Of a stretch of DNA of 64,000 nucleotides, positions 39,253 through 50,229 are shown in pieces. Made by a program: the position numbers and the translations under genes. The notes beneath the pieces were generated by a model that searched no databases, had not been told where the DNA came from, and was given only the letters and a program-made list of their open reading frames with translations. Origin of the DNA: Rhodospirillales bacterium (GTDB lineage Bacteria; Pseudomonadota; Alphaproteobacteria; Rhodospirillales; Casp-alpha2); NCBI GenBank assembly GCA_048262655.1, contig JBLXEY010000009.1, forward strand, positions 37,095 through 101,094. Direction: 5' to 3'. Every line of letters starts with the position of its first letter. The stretch's first letter is position 1.

Positions 39253-39915
39253 CTAAGATTTACCTGACATCCAATTCATGGCCTCGTCCAGTCCGTTCCA
39301 GTTCGCCATTAAGGTCGCAAATTTTTGGCGAACCCAGGCCAAAAGAAATTTGTTATATTCGCCGATGATCAGCGACGCTGTCCCTGGATACATCCACCAT
39401 TGGCCTTGCTTAACATGTTCCGGGAAAACCGGATGGGCGATAATTGTGACATGTGGAATGAGATAGCGGAATTCCAGCATGCTTCGCGGCATATGATATG
39501 CTGCGGTCACCAAACGCAATGAATGAATGTTTCGCAACGCGACCCAATCGGCAGTCTCGGTCGCGTTTTCATGGGTATCAATTGCATTACCAATTTCAAT
39601 CCGGGAACTCAGCGCCAATGATCTCTGGTTTGAGAGTTTTAACAGATGCCGCACCTCATTTCCTTTGTACACTCCTGAAATAAAGAGCTTCGCATCAGGG
39701 TCCTGCGTGAGCAAATCCAATCCTGCGTCAAGCCTGCCACTCCCCCCTGTGAGGACAACAATGGCCTCAGTTTTCGTTGTCGGGTCTTCCAACTGCGCAG
39801 GGATCACGCCGTCAAACTTGATCAAACCGATGACCCAGACCCCGAAGATCGCAAAGAACACCAGAAAGAGATTACCTAGAAACACGACCCGGTTTTTTTT
39901 GTAACGACGCAGCAT
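39253..39915 (-). CDS. YdcF/ElyC (DUF218) family protein
   Basis: N-terminal TM segment, then 'IVVLTGGSGRL' and 'LRLVTAAYHMPRS'. Confidence 0.8.
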   Translation of the reverse strand: MLRRYKKNRVVFLGNLFLVFFAIFGVWVIGLIKFDGVIPAQLEDPTTKTEAIVVLTGGSGRLDAGLDLLTQDPDAKLFISGVYKGNEVRHLLKLSNQRSLALSSRIEIGNAIDTHENATETADWVALRNIHSLRLVTAAYHMPRSMLEFRYLIPHVTIIAHPVFPEHVKQGQWWMYPGTASLIIGEYNKFLLAWVRQKFATLMANWNGLDEAMNWMSGKS

Positions 39916-39922
39916 AACAACC

Positions 39923-40819
39923 CTATAACATGCGCCTTAGTGAACGCAGAACTGTCATCCGAGCCGTGGTCATTGCAATTAATGCCACACCAACCGGTAA
40001 AACACCGACGATCCCCCAATGATAAGGGGCCAAATGCAAACTCGGCACGAGGAAACCATCCATGCGCCCAATCAAATACCCGATTCCGGCCAGTGTTGGC
40101 ACACCGAGCACCAAGCCAAGCAAACCTCCCGTCAACCCAAGTCCGAGAGCCCGGCGTGCAAACTGTTGAGCAATATAGGCATCCTGCGCGCCAATCAGGT
40201 GCAGGACTTCAATTGCTTCGCGATGAATAGCCAAACCGGTTCGCGTCGTGAAAATGACCGTGCCAACCGTCGCAAATGCGATAAAGATTAATACCAGTGT
40301 CGCCAATGTTTGTACCGTGCGAATCAGACTAACCAGACGCTCCAACCACACACGGTGATCGTCAACACTACTCCCCGGGACTTTAGCAGCCAGCCGTTCC
40401 GTTAGTTGAGCTGCGTCGAGTTCTTCACCCGAATGTAACTCGACGTCGATTAATCTGGGAAGCGGCAGTTCCTGAGAGTTGGTCACACCGCCTAACCAAG
40501 GTTCCAGTAACTGCAGAACACGATTATCAGACATCACCTCATAACGATCAATTGCTTTGGTTGACGCCAATATGTTCAGTGCAGCGCGCAGCCTAATGTC
40601 ATCTTCCGAAGCATCTTCGGAGGGCGCAATCTGAACCGTTAGCGTTCCCGTAACCCCTTGGTCCCAGCGTTCCGCCACCTTGTTCAGCATCAACATACCG
40701 GCCATCGCCAGTACCGCCAGAAAGACCATAAACGCGATAAGCCATGGCAGGAACTGGCTATGAGCATCCCGGTCCAGCGGCAAATCAGAGCGGCGAAGTA
40801 ATAATTTAAACATCGACAT
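39923..40819 (-). CDS. ftsX: cell-division ABC transporter permease FtsX
   Basis: Four TM segments with a large periplasmic loop. It lies directly downstream of ftsE, with a TAATG stop/start overlap. Confidence 0.87.
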   Translation of the reverse strand: MSMFKLLLRRSDLPLDRDAHSQFLPWLIAFMVFLAVLAMAGMLMLNKVAERWDQGVTGTLTVQIAPSEDASEDDIRLRAALNILASTKAIDRYEVMSDNRVLQLLEPWLGGVTNSQELPLPRLIDVELHSGEELDAAQLTERLAAKVPGSSVDDHRVWLERLVSLIRTVQTLATLVLIFIAFATVGTVIFTTRTGLAIHREAIEVLHLIGAQDAYIAQQFARRALGLGLTGGLLGLVLGVPTLAGIGYLIGRMDGFLVPSLHLAPYHWGIVGVLPVGVALIAMTTARMTVLRSLRRML

Positions 40820-41667
40820 TATAAATATTTTTCCAGACTGGATGGGTCACCAAAGGTTTCGTCTTCGTCTGGAAAGTCGCCAAATGGGTCGGCAGCTGCG
40901 GCCGCTTCCGCTATTGCCAGTGCGTCTTTTTCACCATCAGACATTAACGTATCCGCATCCGAAACTGGATCTTCGACAGGCCGCGGCGGTTTAACCGTCA
41001 AGAAGCCCTCATCAAGCAGCAAGCGTCCGTGTCCCAATCGTTCGACAACCTGCATATTATGCGTAGCGATGACGACGGTTGTCCCCAATCGATTTAGTTC
41101 CTCGAACAAATGCATGAGGCGAAACCCCATAACGTCGTCGACATTGCCTGTCGGCTCATCGGCCAGCAACAGGCGCGGTCGCGCAATGATTGCACGTGCG
41201 ATCGAAACCCGCTGCTGCTGCCCGCCAGACAAAGTCGGAGGGCGGGCTTGCATATGCGATTCCAGACCAACCCAGGCCAACAGCTCGGTCACATGTTTCT
41301 TAACCAGTGTTTCTTTTATTCCCGAAACCCGAAGTGGCAGTGCAACGTTGTCATATGCGGATAAATGATTGAGCAGGCGAAATTCCTGAAAAACAACTCC
41401 GACCCGTCGCCGCAACGATGGCAATTTAGCCCGAGGTGTCACTGCGATATCGTTGCCAAATAGAGAAATCAAGCCACGCGAAGGTTTCAAAGCCAGATAA
41501 ATCAGCTTCAGGAGCGATGATTTTCCGGCACCACTTTCACCAATTAAAAAATGAAATGAGCCTTTCGGAAGGGCAAAATTCACATCTCGCAACACTTCCG
41601 GGCCTAAGCCGTAGCGCAAACCCACGTTTTCAAAACGAACGATTGCGTCGTCAGATGCTGCTTCCAC
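40819..41667 (-). CDS. ftsE: cell-division ATP-binding protein FtsE (with an acidic C-terminal extension of about 60 aa)
   Basis: Walker A 'GESGAGKSS', signature 'LSGGQQQR' and Walker B 'LLLADEPT'. Confidence 0.92.
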   Translation of the reverse strand: MEAASDDAIVRFENVGLRYGLGPEVLRDVNFALPKGSFHFLIGESGAGKSSLLKLIYLALKPSRGLISLFGNDIAVTPRAKLPSLRRRVGVVFQEFRLLNHLSAYDNVALPLRVSGIKETLVKKHVTELLAWVGLESHMQARPPTLSGGQQQRVSIARAIIARPRLLLADEPTGNVDDVMGFRLMHLFEELNRLGTTVVIATHNMQVVERLGHGRLLLDEGFLTVKPPRPVEDPVSDADTLMSDGEKDALAIAEAAAAADPFGDFPDEDETFGDPSSLEKYL

Positions 41668-41983
41668 TTACCTCGCACTCCTGATCGGCGGTTTCTTGTT
41701 GGCGTGAGAATGACATGACATCTCGTCGTCGTCCAGTGCACGCCCGATTCGCTATTCTAGAGACAATTCACGCGATAATTTGTTCAGCAAACTCCGACCT
41801 GAACACACCTTGACCCGATTAGAGCCAGCCATAATCGCCGGATTTGTGTTCAACTGTATGTTTTTACTTCATATATTGTTAATTACGTGCAATCTATAAC
41901 CGGATGGGTGATCTCGGTGGATCACTTGCGCTCGTTCGTTGAAGACCGTATAAATGTTGTAACACTAACATGGCCTACCGTGT

Positions 41984-43222
41984 ATGATTATTACCTGCCC
42001 CAATTGTCTAATGCGTTACAATGTAGCCCCTGTAGCTATCGGCACAGGGAAGACAACGCGTTGTTCTAATTGTGGACACAGCTGGTTCCAGCAACCTGTT
42101 GCGTCGCAGCCTCAACAAGCCGCACCTCAGCAGCCGGCATACCCGCAACAACCAGCCTATCCGCAGCAACCGGCTTACCCGCAACAGCCGCAAGCCCCCT
42201 ACCCACCGCAAATGCCTTATCCGGCTCCGCCTCCGCCGGGATATCCGCAACAACCCGGATATGCGCCGCCCCCTGGTTATCCTGGGTCGCCCTATCCCGC
42301 ACCGGATCAACAAACAGCACATTTACAGCCCGCGGCAACGCCAGAAATGGCCGCCCCCGCCGCGCCTGCGCCTATGCCCGCGCCAGAGCCAGAACCAATT
42401 CCCGAACCAGAGCCCGAGCCGGAGCCAATTCCAGAACCCGAACCAGAGCCCGAGCCGGAGCCAATTCCAGAACCCGAACCCGAACCCGAACCCGAACCAG
42501 AGTTGGAACTGGAACCGGAGCCTGAGCCAGATGCTGATATGGTGTCGCCGGCGTTGGATGATGACGAAGATGGCGGTCTTTCCGCAGCAGAACTTGATGA
42601 AATGTTCGGCGACGACGAACCCGAAGGCTTCCAGTCGATTATATCACCTGATGATGAAGACGACGGTGATGACGAGTTCGATGACCCGGACAGCATTCCA
42701 GAACCAGACCCAATTCCGCAAGTTTTCACCGCAGATGACGACGATCCAGAACCTAAGCCCCGCAGGCTTGGTCTGATTATCGGAATTTCCGTTCTTGTCC
42801 TGCTGATTGCCTTGGGCGCGGCCGGATTCTTCCTGAAGGCGCAGATCATCAATATGGTTCCTGCAGCAGAGGGCATCTATAAGATGTTAAGCTTTGGGGC
42901 AGATAAACCTGGTGACGGCCTCAACATCCAAAACGTCAAATCATCCCGCGAGAACGAAAAAGGCTTGGAGATTCTTGTGGTTAGAGGAATCATCAAGAAC
43001 ATTTCGAACGTTGAACGTACCGTTCCGATGATTGTCGTTGAATTGAAGGATGGCGAAGGTCATACCATCCAGTCAGCTGAGGCAGCCCCCATTCGGAATA
43101 AACTTCAGCAAGGTGAGGAAGCGAGCTTCAAAGCGCGATTGGTCGAACCTTCGCCTCTCGCCAGACAAGTGTTCACCACATTCAAAATCGATGAAGACGG
43201 CGAAGACACGGTGGCAAACTAA
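41984..43222 (+). CDS. ZitP-like protein: MJ0042-type zinc ribbon, Pro/Glu-rich linker, TM, DUF3426
   Basis: '[14 protein letters not shown]...[11 protein letters not shown]' is the zinc ribbon. It is followed by PAYPQQ and EP repeats, a TM segment '[22 protein letters not shown]', and a C-terminal beta-rich domain. Confidence 0.75.
   Translation: MIITCPNCLMRYNVAPVAIGTGKTTRCSNCGHSWFQQPVASQPQQAAPQQPAYPQQPAYPQQPAYPQQPQAPYPPQMPYPAPPPPGYPQQPGYAPPPGYPGSPYPAPDQQTAHLQPAATPEMAAPAAPAPMPAPEPEPIPEPEPEPEPIPEPEPEPEPEPIPEPEPEPEPEPELELEPEPEPDADMVSPALDDDEDGGLSAAELDEMFGDDEPEGFQSIISPDDEDDGDDEFDDPDSIPEPDPIPQVFTADDDDPEPKPRRLGLIIGISVLVLLIALGAAGFFLKAQIINMVPAAEGIYKMLSFGADKPGDGLNIQNVKSSRENEKGLEILVVRGIIKNISNVERTVPMIVVELKDGEGHTIQSAEAAPIRNKLQQGEEASFKARLVEPSPLARQVFTTFKIDEDGEDTVAN
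42404..42499 (+). repeat. in-frame coding tandem repeats (2 x 36 bp perfect, then GAACCC hexamers)
   Basis: 42404-42439 and 42440-42475 are identical (gaaccagagcccgagccggagccaattccagaaccc). (GAACCC)x4 runs from 42470 to 42493. A degenerate third copy lies upstream. Confidence 0.9.
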
Positions 43223-43267
43223 TCTCTGTGCTAAGAGGCGGTTTCTACCGGCCTGAAGAACGATGCT

Positions 43268-45907
43268 TTAGAACCGACGCAAAAGGCGATCAATATAGTC
43301 GCGTTCCGGTTCCTTTCGGTCACTGTCACCAGAACGACGGTGCAGTTCTTCCATGATCTCGCGTGACCGATAAACATCGCGTTCGGTTGGCACCTTGATG
43401 CCATTGTCATCCGTAAAGTTCCCGTAGGACCCGTTGTCATTTTGACGCCCAAAGGGGTCACGATTATTACCGGGGTTCTGACCGCTGCGTTGCATGCCGG
43501 GCATCATACCAATTCCCATACCCGGGCCACGCCCCTGCATGCGCTGCGCCATTTGTTCAGCAGCTGACTCCATTCCCTGGCGCAACTTTTCCAATGCATC
43601 GGCCTGTTGCGGCACTGCACCAGCGGCATCGCCTTCACCCAGAGCTTTGCCAGCCCCTTTCATAGACCGTTCGGCCTGGCCTAGTCCTTCTGGAATAGAT
43701 CCCAGTTGCTCATCCATTTGCAACATGAGCCGTCCCAGTTCCCGACGCAACGCATCTTGCTGTCTTTGGATAGCCTCTGCATTTTCTTGAGGGGACCCTT
43801 CGCTTTGTGCGCCCTGCTGTCCCTTCTGTCCGGGACGCGGCTGCTGCAAACCCTGGCGTTGTTGCTGCTGCTGTTCGCCGCTCTCACCCGACTGAGACCG
43901 ACGGAATGTCTGATCCATCAACTGCTGTTGACGTTGGGCGAGCTCTCGCAATTCATTCATCATTTTTCTGGCCTTGGCCATTTCCTGATTCTGACGCGAT
44001 TGCGCAGTGCCGTTTCGCAAACCATCGAGCATGCGGTTCAGTTGTGAAAGCATACGTTTTGCAGCATCCATTGAACCGGTCCTTGCCAAATCGCGCGCAC
44101 GATCGACCATTTTCTGAAGGTCCATCGCTTCCATCGTCCGCGAATTCGGGTTCATCGGCATCTCGGATAACCCTTGGCGTTCCATTTGTTCGGCAAGAGC
44201 TTGCATGTAGGTATTAAGGGCTTGCTGCAATTCGTCCATTAACCGCTCAAGCTCCTCGGAAGGGGCATCCTCGCGCATGGCTTTAGCCAGACGTTCCTGA
44301 ACATCCCTGAGTTCCCGTTCTGCAATAGAGAGTTCGCCATCTTCAAGGCGTAATGCGGTCTCCCACAGAATATCCTGGACAGAACGAACGGCGTCTCTGC
44401 TCTGGGTATTCTGCAACCGTGAACGCGCAACAGAAATAGCCAGGAAGACAATGGTGTCATGCGCATAATGTTCGGGCCCGTTCAATAAGCCCAACAAGGT
44501 TTCAGTCGATTGTTTGACAACGCCGGGTGTTGCCTGGTTCAGGTTTTTGCGGATTTCCACCAGAGCCCGGGCCACCGGATGTCGGAACACACGCTCGGGC
44601 AGCACCGTATCAACCGGATCGCTCACACCAACTTGTCCGGCTGAATCTTTTGCATATAAACGGACCTGGACCAGCAAACCAGCCCAGCGATGCGCCGAAT
44701 AATCTCTTTCACCCTGGCCCTGCGCACGTTTCGTCCCGAATCCACGCGCCGTTAGATCAAACCGTATCTGGTCTGTCTCATCAACATCCGTACGGGAATC
44801 GGGCAGAACAAGTTCGGCCCAAACATCCTTAACCGCGAAATCATCTCGGGCTTCGAAATTGAGATTGAGGCTTGCCCGCCGTGTTTGTTTCGGTGGCTCG
44901 ACAAAGGCCACAACGGGCGGGGCATCCTTAAGGACACTCACAGGCCATTCGCCCAGAACATCTTCACCAGCGCTTAATTTCAATGACGTGGCAGTCTGAT
45001 CACTTTCTTCAATCTTATTTTCTGTTCTAAAATCCTTGTTGTTGTCGTTTACCCCGACACGTTCGACGCGCATTGACCTATTCCCGAGCTGCAATTGGGG
45101 TTGATCATCTGCACCGGAAACCTGGATCAATACGGATGATCCAACCGGTATGGTCAAAGAGGCCTGGGTCGGGGACGACACGATCGTCTCCTCTTGGCCG
45201 CTCGCAGGCTTTTGCACGTCGATAGGCCCCTCAAGATATATCGGCGCCAGTCCGGTATAAGACGGCGGAGTAATCCAGACGTTAAATGCAATCTGCGTAA
45301 TGTCCGCTTGTGCCGGGACAGGCAAAAATGCTCGACTGAGGCGACTTCCGTGCTCGCCGCTCGCACTGATAACAGCAATACCCAAGACCAGCAAAACAGC
45401 AAAACGCGCGCCAAACATGTCCAGCGCAGCTAGACCCGGTCGAGGCGCCAGCGGCTTCACTTTTGCTAACTCGGCCAATGCGCGTGCCTGATGCGCTTTC
45501 CATAGGGCGGAAGACGCCGCATCATTGCGCACCCCCGCGCCAGATGTGTTCACCGCCGTATCCTGAAGTGCCGTTAGAGGACGATGCGCCAAACCGCTTT
45601 CAGCTTCGAGCCGTTTCCTAATCTCTTCATCGCCAACAATGTATTTCTGCTGAACGGCGCGCCAAAAACAAAACGCAATCAGGCCAATGAACCCTGCCAA
45701 CACAAGCCAATGGACCCCATAGGGCAAAAGCGGCAACACATCAAAAAAGACGACAGAAAGAAAAATCGAACAAACCGTAGCAGCCGGCCATAGGTTCCGC
45801 CATAAACGTTCCCAGACAATGATGGCATTTGCCCAGCCAAAGACTGTGAGGAGCCGGCCCACAAGTGGACTGGCGTGTCCGTTCAGATCGGGTCCCTTAT
45901 CGGTCAT
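43268..45907 (-). CDS. large membrane protein, TIGR02302/DUF4175-like
   Basis: About 879 aa with N-terminal TM helices and a Q/E/R-rich coiled C-terminal half. ATG 45907 forms an ATGA overlap with the lysA stop. The family call is from memory. Confidence 0.62.
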   Translation of the reverse strand: MTDKGPDLNGHASPLVGRLLTVFGWANAIIVWERLWRNLWPAATVCSIFLSVVFFDVLPLLPYGVHWLVLAGFIGLIAFCFWRAVQQKYIVGDEEIRKRLEAESGLAHRPLTALQDTAVNTSGAGVRNDAASSALWKAHQARALAELAKVKPLAPRPGLAALDMFGARFAVLLVLGIAVISASGEHGSRLSRAFLPVPAQADITQIAFNVWITPPSYTGLAPIYLEGPIDVQKPASGQEETIVSSPTQASLTIPVGSSVLIQVSGADDQPQLQLGNRSMRVERVGVNDNNKDFRTENKIEESDQTATSLKLSAGEDVLGEWPVSVLKDAPPVVAFVEPPKQTRRASLNLNFEARDDFAVKDVWAELVLPDSRTDVDETDQIRFDLTARGFGTKRAQGQGERDYSAHRWAGLLVQVRLYAKDSAGQVGVSDPVDTVLPERVFRHPVARALVEIRKNLNQATPGVVKQSTETLLGLLNGPEHYAHDTIVFLAISVARSRLQNTQSRDAVRSVQDILWETALRLEDGELSIAERELRDVQERLAKAMREDAPSEELERLMDELQQALNTYMQALAEQMERQGLSEMPMNPNSRTMEAMDLQKMVDRARDLARTGSMDAAKRMLSQLNRMLDGLRNGTAQSRQNQEMAKARKMMNELRELAQRQQQLMDQTFRRSQSGESGEQQQQQRQGLQQPRPGQKGQQGAQSEGSPQENAEAIQRQQDALRRELGRLMLQMDEQLGSIPEGLGQAERSMKGAGKALGEGDAAGAVPQQADALEKLRQGMESAAEQMAQRMQGRGPGMGIGMMPGMQRSGQNPGNNRDPFGRQNDNGSYGNFTDDNGIKVPTERDVYRSREIMEELHRRSGDSDRKEPERDYIDRLLRRF

Positions 45908-47199
45908 CCGTTCTTTAGCTTGGCAGCACGACCTGCATCGGACTGCCACTTTGGAAATGTTTCAAGATCGAGCATATCTTCAATTGTCCACCGTCTGCGT
46001 ATAATCGAATACTCATCCCCTTGGACCAAGACTTCAGGAACCAGTGGTCGGCTATTATAAACAGATGCCATCACCGCTGCATAGGCCCCTGCGGTTCGAA
46101 CAGCTAACAAATCTCCGTTATCTAATGCTGCCATATCCCGACCCTTGGCCAAATAGTCACCTGATTCACAGATTGGCCCGACAATATCCATTTTCAAGAG
46201 CTCGGCATCCGGTGCCGGTTCCTTAACAGGGACGACTTCATGGTAGGCGCTATATAAGGTCGGCCTGATTAAATCGTTCATCGCCCCGTCAACGATACAA
46301 AACTTGCGATCGACGCCCTCTTTCACAAAGATTACCTTTGAAATCAGAACTCCGGCATTACCCGCAATCATTCGCCCGGGTTCAAAAGAGATGTTGCAGC
46401 CCAAATGACCGACAACGTCCTCAACCATTTTTCCATATTCTACCGGACTAGGCGCTACTTCATCCTGATAGGTAATGCCCAAACCACCGCCCAGATCAAG
46501 CTGGGTAATATCATGACCGTCACCACGGAGCAGCTCGACAAATTTCACCGCCCGCGTATAGGCCTCTCGGTAGGGCGTGAGATCTGTCAATTGAGACCCA
46601 ATATGCAAAGCAACACCGGCAATGCGCAGCCCTGGCAATTTGGCGGCACGGGCATAGACATCACGCGCTAACGCAATATCGATCCCGAATTTATTCTCCG
46701 ACTTCCCTGTGGTGATTTTTTCATGGGTTTTGGCATCAACATCCGGGTTTATGCGAATTGCAACCTGCGCCGTTTTGCCTAAATCAACGGCAACCTTGGA
46801 CAACAAATTCAGTTCGGCTTCCGATTCCGCATTAATTTGATGAACACCATCCAAAAGAGCTGCGCGCAAATCACTTTCCGTCTTGCCAACGCCTGAATAT
46901 ATTATTTTTTCTGCGGGAATACCGGCTACCAATGCGCGCTTTAACTCTCCGACGGATACGACGTCGGCGCCAGCGCCCAAACGCGCTAATGTCGCGATGA
47001 CGGCAATGTTGGAATTGGCCTTAACGGCATAACATATCAGCGGATCAAGTGAGGCAACAGCATCCGCAAACACGGTATAGTGGCGCTCAAATGTGGCTGT
47101 AGAATAGACATAACACGGAGACCCAACGTCTTCAGCGATCGTGCGAAGCGCTACATCTTCGGCATATAGCTCGCCGTTTTTATATTCAAAATGATCCAT
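45904..47199 (-). CDS. lysA: diaminopimelate decarboxylase
   Basis: 'YAVKANSN' (PLP Lys), 'HIGSQ', 'GGGLGI' and 'CESGD' are present. Confidence 0.94.
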   Translation of the reverse strand: MDHFEYKNGELYAEDVALRTIAEDVGSPCYVYSTATFERHYTVFADAVASLDPLICYAVKANSNIAVIATLARLGAGADVVSVGELKRALVAGIPAEKIIYSGVGKTESDLRAALLDGVHQINAESEAELNLLSKVAVDLGKTAQVAIRINPDVDAKTHEKITTGKSENKFGIDIALARDVYARAAKLPGLRIAGVALHIGSQLTDLTPYREAYTRAVKFVELLRGDGHDITQLDLGGGLGITYQDEVAPSPVEYGKMVEDVVGHLGCNISFEPGRMIAGNAGVLISKVIFVKEGVDRKFCIVDGAMNDLIRPTLYSAYHEVVPVKEPAPDAELLKMDIVGPICESGDYLAKGRDMAALDNGDLLAVRTAGAYAAVMASVYNSRPLVPEVLVQGDEYSIIRRRWTIEDMLDLETFPKWQSDAGRAAKLKNG

Positions 47200-47217
47200 T
47201 CAAAGTTATCCGTTTAA

Positions 47218-47457
47218 TTATTTTGTTGGCGGCGTGTTCGGGTATTGCCAGAAAGATTTGGGGTCCGCGATGACTGGCGAGGTTTTCTGTTTCGCAGCAG
47301 GCGCTTCCTCAATAACTTCAAGCGGCGGCAACGGCTTGGGGTATTGAGCCGGATAGGTTGACCCATCAGGCGCCACGGGGCTTGATTTCACACCGCAAGC
47401 AGAAACCAGAATTCCGGCGCAACACCCTATCAAAACCTTCAGAAACCATGATCTCAT
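47218..47457 (-). CDS. small lipoprotein (LptM/YifL-like position between argH and lysA)
   Basis: Lipobox 'LVSAC' followed by a Pro-rich tail. I chose ATG 47457. Confidence 0.68.
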   Translation of the reverse strand: MRSWFLKVLIGCCAGILVSACGVKSSPVAPDGSTYPAQYPKPLPPLEVIEEAPAAKQKTSPVIADPKSFWQYPNTPPTK

Positions 47458-47542
47458 ATTGTTGAACCTTTTAGATATAAAAGTCACACACCAATAGTTT
47501 AGCACTCAAATGCGCATGCCTAAATCTCAATTCGCCAGCCTC

Positions 47543-48952
47543 TTATAAAAACCGTTCTTTCGCTTGTTTACAGGCCTGCAAAACGTTCTCGGGAGCCGTT
47601 CCACCATAACTGACCCGACTGCGCAGAGAATTCTCGACACCCAGAACAGCAAAGACATCTGACGTAATTTTTGGCTCTACCGATTGCAGGTCATCTAACG
47701 ACAGATCTTCCAAGCCGACCCCATTGTCTTCTGCCTTCTTGACCACTGCACCGGTGACATGATGGGCATCACGGAACGGCATGCCAAGGACCCGAACCAG
47801 CCAATCGGCGAGATCCGTCGCAGTTGCAAAGCCTTTACCGGCATCTGCAGCCATCCGGTCCGTATCAAACGTGGTGTCCCCCAACATTCCTGTCATTGCC
47901 GCCAGAGACAACATCACCGTATCATGAGCATCAAAAACAGGCTCTTTATCCTCTTGCATGTCTTTTCCATAGGTAAGAGGGAGCCCCTTCATCACGATCA
48001 ACAAGGCGTTTAGCGAACCAATGACCCGTCCGGCTTTAGCGCGGACCAGTTCAGCGGCATCGGGGTTTCGTTTCTGCGGCATAATTGAGCTGCCCGTTGA
48101 ATAGGCATCTCCCAAACGGGCATAACCAAATTGCGTCGAGCACCACAAAACATACTCTTCCGCCAGACGAGAAAGATGGACGGACGCGATCGAGAGTGCC
48201 GACAGATACTCCAATGCAAAATCCCGATCAGAAACGGCATCGAGGGAATTTGCAGAAGGCCGATCAAATCCTAGCGCTTGTGCGGTTTGATGCCGATCAA
48301 TTGGAAAAGAAGTTCCAGCCAAAGCAGCTGCTCCCAAAGGACATTCGTTCATCCGTTTGCGGCAATCCGCAAGGCGGCTGCGATCACGCCCCAGCATCTC
48401 GACATATGACAAAAGATGATGGCCCAGGGTGACCGGCTGTGCAATTTGCAGATGCGTGAATCCGGGCATAGCACTTGCGCTATGTTGTTCTGCCTGTTGA
48501 ATCAATGCCTGTTGTGTCGACTTTATTGCAAGATCCATTTGGTCAAGCGCGTCGCGCACCCAGAGTTTGAAATCCGTCGCCACCTGGTCATTTCTGGATC
48601 TTCCCGTATGCAACCGGCCTGCTGCTTCGCCGATAATTTCCTTTAAACGGCCTTCGACATTCATATGAATATCTTCAAGAACTCGCTTAAATGTGAATTT
48701 ACCCGCGTCTATTTCAGCGTACACTTGCTCGAGTCCCTCACAAATAGATTGAACATCTTCGTGAGTAAGAATCTTTTGCGTTTCTAGCATTTTAGCATGC
48801 GCAATCGACGCCCGGATGTCTTGAGCGAAAAAACGTTGATCGAACCCTATAGAAGCATTTATCTCTTCCATAATTTCATCGGGACCGCCAGAAAAGCGGC
48901 CACCCCACATGGCACTTGCATTGGAACCGGTTTCTTTAGTTTGGTCAGTCAT
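47543..48952 (-). CDS. argH: argininosuccinate lyase
   Basis: 'MWGGRF', '[12 protein letters not shown]' and '[12 protein letters not shown]' (fumarate-lyase signature). The start is ATG 48952 or 48973. Confidence 0.94.
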   Translation of the reverse strand: MTDQTKETGSNASAMWGGRFSGGPDEIMEEINASIGFDQRFFAQDIRASIAHAKMLETQKILTHEDVQSICEGLEQVYAEIDAGKFTFKRVLEDIHMNVEGRLKEIIGEAAGRLHTGRSRNDQVATDFKLWVRDALDQMDLAIKSTQQALIQQAEQHSASAMPGFTHLQIAQPVTLGHHLLSYVEMLGRDRSRLADCRKRMNECPLGAAALAGTSFPIDRHQTAQALGFDRPSANSLDAVSDRDFALEYLSALSIASVHLSRLAEEYVLWCSTQFGYARLGDAYSTGSSIMPQKRNPDAAELVRAKAGRVIGSLNALLIVMKGLPLTYGKDMQEDKEPVFDAHDTVMLSLAAMTGMLGDTTFDTDRMAADAGKGFATATDLADWLVRVLGMPFRDAHHVTGAVVKKAEDNGVGLEDLSLDDLQSVEPKITSDVFAVLGVENSLRSRVSYGGTAPENVLQACKQAKERFL

Positions 48953-49024
48953 TTCCGCATCAGCCTTTGGCATAAGATTTCGAGACGTGATAGAGATTGG
49001 ATAAATTGAGCGAGAGAAAAGAAC

Positions 49025-49645
49025 ATGATAGCCGACGCATCAACACCAAATACACCTTTTTCATTTATAAAATCGTCTACAAGGGCCAACTTCTGCCTCG
49101 CCGCTCTGGTTCTGGGCACCATGATCTTCAACCCAATGTTTGCGCGCAGCGCCGCTTCATCCAGTTGCCAACCGCCAACGCACGAGTTCGGAAATTATCA
49201 GGTCATCGAAAAGCCGACGCCAGTACCAAATGTAACTTTCCAAAATGCAGCGGGTGAAGAGGTTTCTTTGGCGGACTATCGCGGGCGCGGTATCGTTCTT
49301 AATTTTTGGGCGACCTGGTGTGCTCCCTGCGTTAGGGAAATGCCACAGCTCGACCGCTTGAGTGCCTTCGTAAAAGAAAATGGCATCGACGTCCTGACCA
49401 TTTCTGAAGATCGAAAGGGCCTGATTGCTGCGCCCAAGTTCTATAAAACCCATAACCTCCGCGACCTGCCGGTGCTTGCCGATCCTCGAGGAAAACTCAT
49501 GCGTGCATTCAAAGCGCCTGGTCTGCCATTAACCGTATTGATAAATGCGCAAGGGCAGAGTGTCGGGCGCGTTGTCGGGCCTGCAGAGTGGGACTCGCCC
49601 GAAATCGTTGAATTCGTGCGCGCTTGCCTGTCGCCCAATAGTTAA
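49025..49645 (+). CDS. tlpA: TlpA-family periplasmic thiol:disulfide oxidoreductase
   Basis: N-terminal anchor plus the 'WATWCAPC' thioredoxin motif. Confidence 0.82.
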   Translation: MIADASTPNTPFSFIKSSTRANFCLAALVLGTMIFNPMFARSAASSSCQPPTHEFGNYQVIEKPTPVPNVTFQNAAGEEVSLADYRGRGIVLNFWATWCAPCVREMPQLDRLSAFVKENGIDVLTISEDRKGLIAAPKFYKTHNLRDLPVLADPRGKLMRAFKAPGLPLTVLINAQGQSVGRVVGPAEWDSPEIVEFVRACLSPNS

Positions 49646-49648
49646 GGC

Positions 49649-50083
49649 TCAGTGTCGGACGTGAGATTTTGCGAGTGGTTGCAAATTTTCCGAGAGATAG
49701 GGCACAAACTCCATGTCGCTTTTCAAGACATGGGATACCAGCCAATTGCTTGCGAAGCTCAAAAACTCTTCAAAATCCAAATCGCGACGCAAACTTGAAT
49801 ACCGGTCAACACGAGCCTGAAGCCGTCGCAAAATAGATCGATGTTTCTCAGCATGCTGGGAATATCCGGGAAACGCGCAATTTCGCATGATCACTTCTTC
49901 GCGCTCAAAATGTTGTCCCGCGTAGTCAGGAAGCGACAAGATCAGTGGCTCCGCCTCTTGCAGGCGTGCCTTGCTATCACTGACGCCATGTATTGCGTTC
50001 ACGATCTCAAACAAGTGCTGATGATCGTTATCGATTTTCTGGATTCCCGTCAAAAAACGGTCCGACCACTTTATAAACGCCAT
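49649..50083 (-). CDS. bacteriohemerythrin
   Basis: 'W...F.TGI..IDNDHQHLF' and downstream 'HF..EE', 'H.EKH' and 'H....D' iron ligands. The start is ATG 50083 or 50110. Confidence 0.8.
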   Translation of the reverse strand: MAFIKWSDRFLTGIQKIDNDHQHLFEIVNAIHGVSDSKARLQEAEPLILSLPDYAGQHFEREEVIMRNCAFPGYSQHAEKHRSILRRLQARVDRYSSLRRDLDFEEFLSFASNWLVSHVLKSDMEFVPYLSENLQPLAKSHVRH

Positions 50084-50229
50084 TGCCGAAACGCCATTTA
50101 CGATCCCCATTTCTTTACAGCCGCGCACCCTCAGCACCGGGCAAGCTCCATCCTTATTCGAGAACCGCTTGGGTATCCCTGATCTAGATCAATCGCTGTC
50201 GACAGAAGGTCTCAAAACTGGCAGTTGAC

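Noticed and set aside
42008-42876. Several long alternative-frame and antisense ORFs (151, 234, 189 and 104 aa) and a CRISPR-like periodicity over the Pro/Glu repeat region.
   Set aside because: They are artefacts of the repetitive CCN/GAN coding sequence of the ZitP-like gene. The repeat units are 6, 18 and 36 bp, contiguous, with no spacers, and in frame, so this is not a CRISPR array.
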